DNA of 57,239 nucleotides from a virus. Lineage: Duplodnaviria > Caudoviricetes. Where the stretch lies: the IMG/VR virus record IMGVR_UViG_3300039159_000385, positions 1 through 57,239 of that record; one strand, written 5' to 3'. This document shows, one piece after another, positions 37,001 to 45,956 of this stretch. The position numbers and the translations under genes are program-made. Numbering within the stretch: the stretch's first letter is position 1; each line of letters begins with the position of its first letter. The notes under the pieces are model-generated. The model had not been told where the DNA came from. It saw only the letters and a list, made by a program, of their open reading frames with translations, and did not search any database.

Positions 37001-38526
37001 AAGAACTGTTCGAGCGACGTCACATCGCGGTAGCTGTCCATCAGCTCGTCGTTCGCGCGGCGCAGCCCTTTGGCTTCTTTCGCGGCCTCCTTCATGGCCT
37101 CCGCTTTCTTTTCGAGTGCGGCCGTGGCGGCGGCGGCCTCCCCCTCAAGTATCGCTTTGGTTTGCGACGCCGTGACTCGATTATCGACCGTCGGCTGCCG
37201 GGTCGATGGGTCGCTGAACACCTTGAACGGACTGCGAATACCCGGCCCCGTGGGCGCGAAGAAATCAACCGACCCCACAGGAATGATGCCCGTATTCGGG
37301 CGCGCGATCCCAAACCGCTCCAACGACTTCGAGGTCAGCGCCGCGCCTACGATCTGGTTCCGCGCGTTCGTGGTCACGGCGTCCATCGCTTTATTGACCC
37401 CCAACACCTGATCCTTTACGTTCCCCAACTGGTTTCCAAGCCGGCCGAGCGCCGTCGTGTGCCGGTCCCACCCCTTTTCAAGCCCCTTCGCGTCGAACAG
37501 CACCAACGCTTTCCCCAACTGCAACCACCCGCCCAACGCACCCAACGTCGGCCCGACGACTCCCGCGATTTCGCGCATGACCGCGACCAGCACCAGGTAA
37601 TGCTTGACCGTCGCGTCTAACAGGATCCCCGTGCGAGTCAGCGGATCCTCGTTTTCCTTGACCTTTTGCGCCATCTGCTTGAGCGCATCGGCGTACGCAA
37701 ACACGAGCGTCGTGTAGGCGGGCTGAAACACGGCGCCCAGGGCGACGCCCAGATCCTCCGTGTACCGCTGCGTCGAGCGCATCTGTTTGGCCGCCGAGGT
37801 CATGGACGCCTCGTACAGTCCCTCAAGCGTCGCGGCCTGCTTTAGCACCGAGTTCATGCGCGACTGTACTTTTTCCTTCGCCGTCAGCTCGTTCTGCGTT
37901 TTGTTCAACGACTTCGCGAGCGTCTTGTACCCGGCCTCAAACTGCACATTGATGCCGATCGTGCGCAGCACTTCCGTTTGCCCGGACACAATGCCGTGCG
38001 TCATGCGCGCGAGCGCGTCGGAGGAGTTGAGCTGGCCCACCACCGCGACATCCTGCGCCGCGCGGGCGAGCTTCGTCGCCTGCGTCAGATCGAGATTGGC
38101 CTGCATCATCTTGAGAAGCGATTGCCGCGACTGAAGCGCGCTGATGCCCGTCTTTTGCAGATCCTTTTCCAGCCCGGCGAGCTGCGGGCGACTGTACCCG
38201 ACGTTTCGGCCGACCGCCGTCAGCGCCACATCCAGCTCGTCGAACCGCGCCGCGAGACTGTTCACCTCGCGCACCATGCCGACGATGCCAAGCGCGGCCA
38301 TGACGACCGCCACCCCCTTGAACGCCATGCCGACCGACGCCATGCCCGAGGCGACCGGCCCAAGCGCGCGGTTGAGCTGCTGGGCTTGCCCCTGCACCCG
38401 CGTCGTGGCCTGCGTGAACTGGTTGGCCCCGGCCACGGCGCGCGACGCGTCAATGCCGAGCATCAACGTCGCGTAATCCGCGCCGGTGCCGCTCGTTTGC
38501 CCGCCGCTCCCGCTGAAATCAAACAT
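34081..38526 (-). CDS. Tail tape measure protein
   Basis: 1481 aa, Ala/Gln-rich and helical, directly after the frameshifted chaperone pair. Confidence 0.92.
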   Translation of the reverse strand: MFDFSGSGGQTSGTGADYATLMLGIDASRAVAGANQFTQATTRVQGQAQQLNRALGPVASGMASVGMAFKGVAVVMAALGIVGMVREVNSLAARFDELDVALTAVGRNVGYSRPQLAGLEKDLQKTGISALQSRQSLLKMMQANLDLTQATKLARAAQDVAVVGQLNSSDALARMTHGIVSGQTEVLRTIGINVQFEAGYKTLAKSLNKTQNELTAKEKVQSRMNSVLKQAATLEGLYEASMTSAAKQMRSTQRYTEDLGVALGAVFQPAYTTLVFAYADALKQMAQKVKENEDPLTRTGILLDATVKHYLVLVAVMREIAGVVGPTLGALGGWLQLGKALVLFDAKGLEKGWDRHTTALGRLGNQLGNVKDQVLGVNKAMDAVTTNARNQIVGAALTSKSLERFGIARPNTGIIPVGSVDFFAPTGPGIRSPFKVFSDPSTRQPTVDNRVTASQTKAILEGEAAAATAALEKKAEAMKEAAKEAKGLRRANDELMDSYRDVTSLEQFLTKLKATQAEWKKAGLSAAEIETRTAKALHVEGLIMYREQLAELAGWADTAKDALNATAQATTGVRVDRLVEKMKTLWAVQKDIAELTREADRAERARAIQTDLVPVLGQKGADAFQAKIDDFEEKQRVTGTLVAGGINAARETAMADEIVKQQRRVLDAQAEVNKESGQWVETLAQGLGVLTQLASLARQLSPEARQGLQGATGALQGVVALQGLKNGAGEAVSVGKALSGGAGAAAGVAALSGVGAVIIGVAAVADAFDVFGTRAKERARQMEAAAAQFNRALDEFARAGEVLSSVQASIKALTRDAGTLVTGLAAATGVNLQAGRRPEEYLTRQNVDAIRTRGQGLLRDGNATNDIEGVKLIKFAQGLAQVVDALEARIKALVPVVMEALNVDYLQATGQGALVAIAEAGRQLQDRLANLKVFLDAGELTTDAYAEAVRKSGVIHTKAIDEINKAAALAEAQAQRAAVAFDTNNAGRILDAGNNPRAAEDARRTNQYENELAEAREANRDVTQLLIAQELEWIQVQQQRAQADANARTDRNLSGFQRDAAIVGGPVAGQLAGMATATALAVRAIQQDTTLTNDERVTETANEIRRSGAEMALFIAGLRQQFQDGLAGLNAELARNPIESAILSSGLQMQQALAGYRDLLSAGVITDAEFAAIETAWGEKRERLVAIARENVLRSQEGFAVDAANAAASLTGSASDRFAAGALEQTTNVEQRIRAAKVLVDEGTITSEAFEAFAKTLRDSVAPALLETAFAAEEAARIMQANLTTLNQQWAVFGADANEQLADTKSLLGFGGMDEGAIRALFTRATPGVELTAAQMAMNDKIAQYFQASSRAQSFNESQAAITDREAEAVRQADRTSGAGGVTMNYSRTGVQTISEGTAMRLVDISLSQLLVLRSIDQKSGGASSGGVTVNVTVSGASLNGMTARDAGNTIARQVAPAVDEILGRQAGRLTRETGNVAITS

Positions 38527-38559
38527 GCGCCGTCTCTCTCCCGTGACCCGTGTGTTCTG

Positions 38560-38973
38560 CTACGCCTCGTCGTCGTCCTCCTCGTGTGACGCGTCGGCGT
38601 CCTCGTCCTCATCCTCGTCGTCCGCAAATCCGTCGTGCATCCCTTCGAGGTAGTGCGCATCGCCGAGCAGGAGCAGCGCCAGTTCGCCCGGCGTCGGGCG
38701 CCGCCGCATCAACTCGGCCCACGCCCGGATCTCCGACCACAACAGCGGACCCAACCCGAACCCGTTACTGCCGCGCTGCGCATTGATCTCCTGCCACCAG
38801 CCAAACAACTCGATCGCGTCGCCCGGCACCTCTGGCCCGTCCAACAGCGCAGCCGCTTCATCACTGCCACCGGCCGCCGCCGCCGTCAACGTGTCGCGCA
38901 GTCGATCCTGACCACCATCGGGGCGCTTCTCGGCACTGCTGTCTACGGCGAGCAGCGCCCCGCAATGCCGCAT
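38560..38973 (-). CDS. Tail assembly chaperone, frameshift extension (gpT-like)
   Basis: Open in the -1 frame from the slippery site, with the R.SNGFGLGPL.WSEIRAW motif. Confidence 0.8.
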   Translation of the reverse strand: MRHCGALLAVDSSAEKRPDGGQDRLRDTLTAAAAGGSDEAAALLDGPEVPGDAIELFGWWQEINAQRGSNGFGLGPLLWSEIRAWAELMRRRPTPGELALLLLGDAHYLEGMHDGFADDEDEDEDADASHEEDDDEA

Positions 38974-39479
38974 TACGCGGCAGTACCGCCGTCGGATTTT
39001 CCCAAGCGTTCCTCGCGGTCGCGCAAAAACTCACTGAGCTGATCGCGCAGCCAGGACACCGCATCGAGCAACATTTCCGCGTTGCCCACACTGTAGGCCA
39101 GCGGCTCCCCGCTCCACATGACGCCCTTCCAGCCGGCCATCGCGCGGGCGAGCACATTGATCGTGTACTTCGTGCCGGCGCCGCCGACTTTCTTTTTCTT
39201 TTGGTTCGTCGCGAGCACGCGCTGCGCGTAGTCCTCGGCCCGGCGATACTCGGGCGTGTCCTCACCGAACAGGTAAAACTCGGTGCCCACGATCGGCGTG
39301 CCGTCGATCGGGCTCTGCGGCACAAACGTGTGTGTCGTGGTGTCGCGCGACTGCGCAAAATCAAACGGCCCGGACGGCGCGGTGACCGCGTGTGCGGGGG
39401 CCGTGTCCGTGATCGTCGGCGTGGCGATCGGTGCGCTCGCGCGGGCGGGGACTTCGTGCGTCGTGATGTCGTCGTCCAT
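38973..39479 (-). CDS. Tail assembly chaperone (gpG-like)
   Basis: Between tail tube and TMP, with PIDG.P, GEDT..YR, WKGV and WLRDQ. Confidence 0.8.
   Translation of the reverse strand: MDDDITTHEVPARASAPIATPTITDTAPAHAVTAPSGPFDFAQSRDTTTHTFVPQSPIDGTPIVGTEFYLFGEDTPEYRRAEDYAQRVLATNQKKKKVGGAGTKYTINVLARAMAGWKGVMWSGEPLAYSVGNAEMLLDAVSWLRDQLSEFLRDREERLGKSDGGTAA
38997..39003 (-). other. -1 programmed ribosomal frameshift site G GGA AAA
   Basis: In-frame X XXY YYZ heptamer eight codons before the stop. The -1 frame reads GKIRRRYCRVMRHCG into the downstream ORF. Confidence 0.85.
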
Positions 39480-39533
39480 GTGCAACACTCTCAAGTGAAA
39501 TGGTGGGTGGTCCAGCGTGTGGTCGTGCATCGT

Positions 39534-39588
39534 GCCATGTGCAAGCCATGTGCAAGCCATGTGCAAGCCATGTGCAAGCCATGTTCAA
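39534..39588. repeat. Intergenic tandem 11-mer GCCATGTGCAA x5 (last copy with 1 mismatch)
   Basis: Directly visible. Confidence 0.95.
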
Positions 39589-39767
39589 GCGACCGCGCGA
39601 GCGACACGAGGGTGGTTCGCTTCCGCGCCCCCCCAGGGCGCAGCCTCCCTTACTCGCCCGGCGATGCGGCGACGCACCCGAAGGTGCGGAGGTGTGGACG
39701 AATGGCCCGCCGGATTGCGTTGCCCACCCGCGCGATCGCTCAAACATCGCCTCAAACCGGCGCCCGG

Positions 39768-40697
39768 TTAGTCGGTCGCCGTGATCTGGAAGGAGCTGCT
39801 GGTCGCGTCGAACAGCGCGTCAAACGCGAACGTCTCCGTCAACGCCGTCGAACCGCGCACGCCGTCGAGCTTGCCCGCGCTGTACTTGATGAGCGGGAGC
39901 GTGAACAGGTAGTGCGCCGTCGTGGAGCCGCCGATGCGCAACGTAAACACGCTCGACGTTTGGCCCAGAAACTTGTTGAGCAGCACCGCGTCGCGCTTGT
40001 AGACCGACAGCGATCCCTTGAGACGGAACCGCCCGGCATACAACGCCAGCGGATCGGCCGTCAGCAGCGACGGCAGCTCAATCAGGTCGTTGGTGATGGA
40101 CAGCGACACGTTCGTGCAGCCGACGATGGCCGCGCCCGCGTCGGTGAGCGCCTGCACCGACGCGATCGGGCTCATGACCGGCGCCAAGTTCGCTGCCGCT
40201 ACCGTGCCGATCGCCGACGCACTCGCGACCACGCCCGCCCGCGACGAGGCCGAGAACCCAAACGTGATGCGCTGGCCGGTACGCACGCCGATGTTGAATC
40301 CCGTGACGATCGCGCCGTTATACGACGTGAAATGATTCGTCGGCGCCATAATCGGATGCTCTTCCTGAAACGTCAGCGACTTGAGCGTTTTGCCGACGCG
40401 CATCACGCGCGTCGTCGTGCCGGTGACCGTGCCGCCGAGCGCGGCGATCATAATCGCCTCGTACTGGTTGTACGACATTTCGCCTTCCACCTGGATCATG
40501 CCCTTGCGGGACACGGCGACCACATCAGACGTTTCGCGGTGGGCGGCGGTGATCTCCTCGCTCTCGGTGACCTGTTGATCCGTGGAGAGGTCGGCCGACA
40601 CTATGCGCAGGAACCGCGCGCCGGTCGTGACCGGGACGCCCCACGTCGTTTCGGCGTTCACGGACAGGCGATAGTCAGTACTCAGGGCGAACGTCAT
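39768..40697 (-). CDS. Major tail tube protein
   Basis: ETTWGV, ESEEI...R, GE.SY, SITNDL, GRFR.KGSL.VY. 309 aa in the expected position. Confidence 0.85.
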   Translation of the reverse strand: MTFALSTDYRLSVNAETTWGVPVTTGARFLRIVSADLSTDQQVTESEEITAAHRETSDVVAVSRKGMIQVEGEMSYNQYEAIMIAALGGTVTGTTTRVMRVGKTLKSLTFQEEHPIMAPTNHFTSYNGAIVTGFNIGVRTGQRITFGFSASSRAGVVASASAIGTVAAANLAPVMSPIASVQALTDAGAAIVGCTNVSLSITNDLIELPSLLTADPLALYAGRFRLKGSLSVYKRDAVLLNKFLGQTSSVFTLRIGGSTTAHYLFTLPLIKYSAGKLDGVRGSTALTETFAFDALFDATSSSFQITATD

Positions 40698-40774
40698 GGT
40701 GGTCGATCCTCGTTAAACGGTGTGGAGAAGGCGGTGGTCGTGGAAGCCCAACGACATGAACGTCATGCGGGGCG

Positions 40775-41248
40775 CTACGTGTAGCTCGTGAACGTGTGCT
40801 GTAGATCAACGGTGACCAGTGCGACAAACCAGCCAGCCGCGCGTGCTTGCGCCGTGCCCGGCGACGCGCGTTCCATCACGAACGCGCGGCCGTCGTACGT
40901 CAGCGTGAGCCCCGGCGCGAACTGCTGCGCCAGCGTATCGGCCCACGTCTCGGCCACCAGGAGCGGCGACGCGAGCGTGCTCGCCGGCGTATTGCGCGAC
41001 GTGCCGAGCCGGGGGGCCGGCGCCCACACTTCGAGCAGGAGCTGCGCCAAGGTTTCCGAATGTCGCACCGGCGTGCCGAGTGAAATCACCCGCGTCGCGC
41101 CCGGCGCCGTCCGCAGCGTCTCGCGCAGATGCAGCGTCGTCGGCGGCTCGAACGTCTCCCCTTCCCACAACACCGTCGGCACCCCCGACAGCGCCAGCAA
41201 GCGCGTGCGCAAGGCACCACGCATGGCCGCGCGTAACGTGTCGGGCAT
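40775..41248 (-). CDS. Tail terminator protein
   Basis: WEGETFEPP...LR.., AD.L...F.PG, upstream of the tube gene. Confidence 0.7.
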   Translation of the reverse strand: MPDTLRAAMRGALRTRLLALSGVPTVLWEGETFEPPTTLHLRETLRTAPGATRVISLGTPVRHSETLAQLLLEVWAPAPRLGTSRNTPASTLASPLLVAETWADTLAQQFAPGLTLTYDGRAFVMERASPGTAQARAAGWFVALVTVDLQHTFTSYT

Positions 41249-41251
41249 AGA

Positions 41252-41626
41252 TCACCGCACCCGACTCGCGAGCGCCGCGAGCCCGATCGCGCGCAGCCCG
41301 TCGCGTTGGATGTCCTTCCAGTGCAGAGCCACGAGTCCGCGAAATCCGTCTGGCGCTTGCCGCGAGTGGCCGCGCTCCAACGCCGCGATGTACGGCACGC
41401 GGTTGGCAAACGTCTCCACGACCCGCCCGCGCGTGCGGACCCATCCCGCGCGCGCCACGCCCGTGTCGATTGGCGTGCCCGGCGAATATGCGCCGCCCAC
41501 CGTCAGATTCGTTTCCACGATGTCCGAGGTGGCCGTGAGCCACTGCGGGACCATCGACTGATGCGCCACGCCCGTCTGTCTCACTTTCGCGATGAAATCG
41601 GGCAGGTTCTCCACCGTAGTGCTCAT
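41252..41626 (-). CDS. HK97 gp10-like tail completion protein
   Basis: TPIDTG.ARAGW and N.VPYI..LE.GHS.QAP.GF. Confidence 0.85.
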   Translation of the reverse strand: MSTTVENLPDFIAKVRQTGVAHQSMVPQWLTATSDIVETNLTVGGAYSPGTPIDTGVARAGWVRTRGRVVETFANRVPYIAALERGHSRQAPDGFRGLVALHWKDIQRDGLRAIGLAALASRVR

Positions 41627-42024
41627 CGGCTGCACGCACACGTGTAGACGACCGCGTTACTGTCCGCGCCCACCGCGCGCACGTTCTGCACGGGGAAGAT
41701 CACACCGTAGGGGTCCGTGATCGTGTCCTCGGGCTGCGGCGCCCAAGGGAGCCCTTCGGCCGAGAGCGTGAACGCCACGCCTTCCGCCAATAGCTTTGTG
41801 CCCGGCACCATCGACTCGCCCGCGCCGATCCCGGCGAGCGGCACATAATCTTTGCGCACCATCGGCACGGCAACCGTACTCACCACATCGGGCGTGCGCA
41901 ACTGCGTCACCGGGTTGAACGTGCCACGTGTAATACGCGACAACACGCACAGACCGCCTTCCTTGGCGATCATGCGCGTGGCGAGCTTCAAGGCGCGGGC
42001 TCCGGTGGCCGTCATGGGGGGCAT
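41623..42024 (-). CDS. Head closure/stopper protein
   Basis: A.RMI...G, GTFNPVT, PQPEDTI. Neck-gene position. Confidence 0.7.
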   Translation of the reverse strand: MPPMTATGARALKLATRMIAKEGGLCVLSRITRGTFNPVTQLRTPDVVSTVAVPMVRKDYVPLAGIGAGESMVPGTKLLAEGVAFTLSAEGLPWAPQPEDTITDPYGVIFPVQNVRAVGADSNAVVYTCACSR

Positions 42025-42030
42025 ACGCCC

Positions 42031-42066
42031 ACAGTGCGCGTGCGGGCGCCCTTCGTAGTGCGGAAC
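42031..42066 (-). promoter_or_regulatory. Late promoter motif (leaderless)
   Basis: GTTCCGCAC-21nt-CACTGT-6nt-ATG. Confidence 0.75.
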
Positions 42067-42093
42067 CGGGTGCGAAGCCGGGTCGCGGCCAGG

Positions 42094-42735
42094 CTACCCG
42101 GCCGGGATCGTTTCGCTCAGGTCGCCGCCGAGGAACCCGAGCGCGCTCCCATCGCTGAACGTGCCCGCGCGCAGCGCCGCGTCGTTCACCGGATCGTCGC
42201 GCTGCACGACCACGCGGAACTCGGCGTCCTCCAACTCGTCGCGCTGATCGCGCAGCAGTGACGACAGCATGGCATGTACGTCTTGATGCACCGTGTACAG
42301 CGGCGCGCCGTTGATATACGTCACGCTCGCCACGCCTGAGAGTGATTCGCTCGCAATCTGCCCATCCCGACCAACCGGCGGCTTGAGCGACGCGCCCTCC
42401 CGCATGGCGACAATCGCACGCGGCGCGAGGATCGCGGCCGCGTCCGCCAAGAGCGCCGGCACGATCGCATCCGGCAGCACGGCGCCGCGCCGATACGACA
42501 CGCCCGTACGGCCCCAGGGCAAGCGTCCACCGAGCCGCGTGCCGCGATACTTGAACTGCCCCTCGTCACAGAGGTAATCCGTGGCGAGCACCACGCCCGC
42601 CGTTTGCTCGGGCACGGTGGCGCCCGTCCAAATCGCATTGCCACCGCGCAGCGCGTGAAAGTCCGTCACCGACGCGACCGTGCAGAGCGCGTTCGCGTTC
42701 ACGAGGCCCGTCCCATCTTCAACGACCAGCGTCAC
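42094..42735 (-). CDS. DnaT-like head-tail adaptor
   Basis: MTLVVEDGTGL.NAN....A....FH..RG...W...ATDYL...G.R...L.W.R. Confidence 0.85.
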   Translation of the reverse strand: MTLVVEDGTGLVNANALCTVASVTDFHALRGGNAIWTGATVPEQTAGVVLATDYLCDEGQFKYRGTRLGGRLPWGRTGVSYRRGAVLPDAIVPALLADAAAILAPRAIVAMREGASLKPPVGRDGQIASESLSGVASVTYINGAPLYTVHQDVHAMLSSLLRDQRDELEDAEFRVVVQRDDPVNDAALRAGTFSDGSALGFLGGDLSETIPAG

Positions 42736-43219
42736 CGATCACCCCCTGCGGCGTTGTCTCCACGCCCGTTGACGCTACTTGCGCAGCGATGTGGTCGAGT
42801 CGCGGTGCGTCCACGAGCGCGATATGCACGTAGCGCGCCGCGTACATGCGGCGCAGTACGTGCGCGTCCAACAGCATCACCCGATCGCTCGTCAGCGGCA
42901 CGCCCATGACACACGGTTCCCCGGCAAGCATGAAATCACTCAGCGGCGTCACGCGCCAGCCCGCCGGCGCCGTAATCTCCGGGCTACTGTACCGCTCGCG
43001 CAGCACCGGCGTCCACGGCATCAAATCATGCGCCGTCGCGTCGTCCGGGATCGCCGCCGCCGCCGCTTCCGCCGCCTTATGCGGTTCCACCAGGGAAGCA
43101 GACGACGGGGCGGGATCCGGTGCCGTCTCCTGAACGCGCAACGCCGAGGCATCGCGCGTGGGCGCTGCATCGGCGGGTGATTCGGGCGGTGGCGCGGACT
43201 TCGGTTTGGGCTTGGTCAT
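42719..43219 (-). CDS. Hypothetical protein
   Basis: 166-aa ORF between the MCP and adaptor. Confidence 0.65.
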   Translation of the reverse strand: MTKPKPKSAPPPESPADAAPTRDASALRVQETAPDPAPSSASLVEPHKAAEAAAAAIPDDATAHDLMPWTPVLRERYSSPEITAPAGWRVTPLSDFMLAGEPCVMGVPLTSDRVMLLDAHVLRRMYAARYVHIALVDAPRLDHIAAQVASTGVETTPQGVIGDAGR

Positions 43220-43307
43220 CAGCGTGCGAGGGTGGGGCTCGACGTTCCAACGAACACAACACGGGCACTGAGGCGCGATCCTCGGCGCCTCAGTGCCCGT
43301 TCACAGA

Positions 43308-44306
43308 TCAGGGAATCGCGTTTGCGCCGAACATCGCCATATCGGCCGCCACCACGCGCATCTCGTACGCCAGATCCGACTGAATGTAATCGGTCCGCGC
43401 GGGACCATCGCGCCAGCGGGAAATCACTTCCCCGAGGTTCGGACCCTGACCGGGCAGGAAGCCCGTCCACGCGAACGTGTAGAACGCGCTCGGCAGCATG
43501 ATCGACGGGCGCTCCTGCGTGTACGAGAGCAGGAACCCCTTGGAGCCGATGAACGAAATGGCGTCCGGCGAGCCTTCGGCGGCCGTGTTCTGCACCGCGT
43601 TCATCACATTCACCTCGTCCACCTCGAACAACTGCGCGAGCGTGCGTGTGTTGACCTCAGCGGGTGCGCCCGGCGTCTGACCGTACTTGATACGGTCCAC
43701 GATTTCCGGGTGATCGACCAGCGCGTCATACACGCCGCGCTGCAACGTGAGCTTGTTGGGCTCGAAGCCGGTCGCTTCCAGCATCTCGCGCTTGATGGTG
43801 CGAATGACGCGGATCGGCACCGACGCCGTGTCCGTGAAATGCAGGAACTGCGAGGCGTTCGGCGCTGCCGCCACGCCGGTGCGGTTGAAACTCCACACGC
43901 CGGGCTTGAAGAACTTGTTCACAAACTCAAGCTCGCGCTGAAGGAGCCCCTGCTGCGTGAGGAACACCGTGGTGTCGCGGTCCAGGTTGACCGGCGGCGC
44001 CTGATTCACGCGGTCCTCGTCGGCGATCGGCTTCGCGAGCGCGTACGTCTCCGCGAAATACGTCTGCGAGTTGTCGATCTGGAAATCCGCGACCGTCGCG
44101 CGCGTGCCCTTGGCGCGCTTGCGCATGGCGCTGCGCATGAACGCGCCCTTCGGGTACGTGACGTAGCGGTCGCTCTGCTTCGACACCGGCACCGACCCCG
44201 CCAGGCGGCCAGCGACGAACGCCGATGCGCTCTGAATGTACGCGATCGAGAGATTCGTCAGCGGCGTGCTCACGTAAATCTCGTTCCCCTGCGGTGAAAA
44301 TGGCAT
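43308..44306 (-). CDS. Major capsid protein
   Basis: PLTNLSIAYIQ....FVA....VPV.KQSD.Y, G.EPN.L, L..HP.I.DRIKY. 332 aa. Confidence 0.92.
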   Translation of the reverse strand: MPFSPQGNEIYVSTPLTNLSIAYIQSASAFVAGRLAGSVPVSKQSDRYVTYPKGAFMRSAMRKRAKGTRATVADFQIDNSQTYFAETYALAKPIADEDRVNQAPPVNLDRDTTVFLTQQGLLQRELEFVNKFFKPGVWSFNRTGVAAAPNASQFLHFTDTASVPIRVIRTIKREMLEATGFEPNKLTLQRGVYDALVDHPEIVDRIKYGQTPGAPAEVNTRTLAQLFEVDEVNVMNAVQNTAAEGSPDAISFIGSKGFLLSYTQERPSIMLPSAFYTFAWTGFLPGQGPNLGEVISRWRDGPARTDYIQSDLAYEMRVVAADMAMFGANAIP

Positions 44307-44384
44307 GTGTCGTTCCGGTCAGAAGTGGCGTGGGCGGTGGAGGAGCAACAACAACGAATAGCCGAACAACGGACCGCGTGAGAC

Positions 44385-44789
44385 TTACGCGGCCGTCGTC
44401 GGGAGCAGACCCATCGGGATCGTGAGCATTTCAACTGAGCCGTTCGCGACGCCCGCCGTGAGGGCGATGCCCACCGCGTAGGAACCGACGACGGTCGCGG
44501 CGGACACAGAGGTCGCGGCGGCATCACGCACCGTGCCGTCCGTGTGCGACTTGAGGAACGCGCCGGCCGTGACCGTGGCGCTCGCGATAACGCGGTGAAT
44601 GTTGCCCACCCCGCCCAACGTGACCGCGCGGCCGCTCGCGCCGCCTACCACGATCGGGAGTCCAAACTGGCCCAACCCGGCCAGCACCCAGCCCGTCGAG
44701 GTCGGGCGTGCAATGCGTCCTTCCATGCCGGTCAGGTCGGCGCCGGCAATCCCACTGATCGGCGCGACCTGGAGAAGTTCATTTGCCAT
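44385..44789 (-). CDS. Capsid decoration/cement protein
   Basis: AGADL, VTAG..L....DG, VGIAL.A...G. Gly/Ala-rich, just upstream of the MCP. Confidence 0.75.
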   Translation of the reverse strand: MANELLQVAPISGIAGADLTGMEGRIARPTSTGWVLAGLGQFGLPIVVGGASGRAVTLGGVGNIHRVIASATVTAGAFLKSHTDGTVRDAAATSVSAATVVGSYAVGIALTAGVANGSVEMLTIPMGLLPTTAA

Positions 44790-44853
44790 GTTCGTATGCT
44801 CGGTAAGTGACGAAACTCAAGAAGAAGCGCCGGGCGGGTCGCCCGGCGCACGG

Positions 44854-45876
44854 TTAGCGGTTGTCGGGCGCCTGATCGCGGTCCGACGCCATCACACGCG
44901 CGGCCAGCTCGGGGTGCAGATCGAGCGCCTTCGCGTACGCGGCGTGGAACGTCGAGCCGCTGGCCGCCATCGCCGCCTTGGCGATCGCGTCCAGCTCGGC
45001 CGCCGCACCCGTCGCGGGCGCCGAGCGGGTCCGCCCAACGCTCTTGAACAGTTGCGCATCGTCGGCCGCCGCGCGGGCGAACGCCGTGACGCTCGTGAGC
45101 GCGGCGCGCTCCGTGTCGTCGGCCTTCGCGAGCAGCGTCATCAGGGCCGGCGCGTGATCGGGCGTCACCGGCACGCTCGCAAACACGTTCGCAAACTGCG
45201 TCTTCAGCACCGCGTCCTTCTCGGCCTTTTCCAACAGCGCGAGGCGCGCGCCGAGTGCTTCGTTCTGCGTCGTCAGCTCGGCCGACTTCGCAATCTGTTC
45301 CGCGACACGCGCATTGACAGCATCGTCGATTTGCTTCTGAATATCGGCCGGCGCGGGCGCCGTGGTGGCAGTCTGGGACATCGTGTGGGACTCCTGGCCG
45401 GTTGCGGCCACAGGGACAAGAGGAACAGCGTGGGCACCCGCGACGGCCGGAGCCGTCTTCGACATCACCGCCGACTCGCTCGCCGCCATCGCGGCCGCTT
45501 CGGCGGCTTTCTTCTTTTTCTTCGCGGCCATTTCTTCGGGCGAGCAATAGGCGTCGCCGGCCTTCTCGACCGACCCCAGCGACGGCATGGCCGTTGCGGC
45601 GTCCGCGAGCCCGGCGTCGATCTCGGCGTGCGTCTCGGCGTCGGATGGGCCACCGGGCGCCATCTTCGCCAGCACGGCCGTCATGGCGCGTTTGATGCCG
45701 CTCAGGAACCCGCCGGTCGCATCAGACGCCGCGTCGTCGGCGCTCTTGCGCGCCAGAATGTCGGCGTACTGATTGCCGCCGGACGGCACCAGACTGATTT
45801 CCCCGATTACCAAGCTGTCGAGCATGGACGCGGTGACCGTCGCGCTGTCCGGCATCGTTGTGTTGGGCGTTGTCAT
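44854..45876 (-). CDS. Capsid scaffolding protein
   Basis: N-terminal EISLVPSGGN and a coiled-coil EKAEK/IAKA body, upstream of the capsid genes. Confidence 0.7.
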   Translation of the reverse strand: MTTPNTTMPDSATVTASMLDSLVIGEISLVPSGGNQYADILARKSADDAASDATGGFLSGIKRAMTAVLAKMAPGGPSDAETHAEIDAGLADAATAMPSLGSVEKAGDAYCSPEEMAAKKKKKAAEAAAMAASESAVMSKTAPAVAGAHAVPLVPVAATGQESHTMSQTATTAPAPADIQKQIDDAVNARVAEQIAKSAELTTQNEALGARLALLEKAEKDAVLKTQFANVFASVPVTPDHAPALMTLLAKADDTERAALTSVTAFARAAADDAQLFKSVGRTRSAPATGAAAELDAIAKAAMAASGSTFHAAYAKALDLHPELAARVMASDRDQAPDNR

Positions 45877-45882
45877 ACCGCG

Positions 45883-45918
45883 ACACTACCGCCCCGCCCG
45901 CACCCCATAGTGCGAAAC
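45883..45918 (-). promoter_or_regulatory. Late promoter motif (leaderless)
   Basis: GTTTCGCAC-21nt-TAGTGT-6nt-ATG. Confidence 0.75.
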
Positions 45919-45956
45919 TCGGCGCGAAACGCCGACAGCGCCCCCGACCCGGCCAC

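Noticed and set aside
34627-37620. Long plus-strand ORFs (421 and 574 aa), and similar ones opposite terL, the MCP and others
   Set aside because: They are antisense shadows of high-GC genes, Arg/His-rich with no motifs or RBS.
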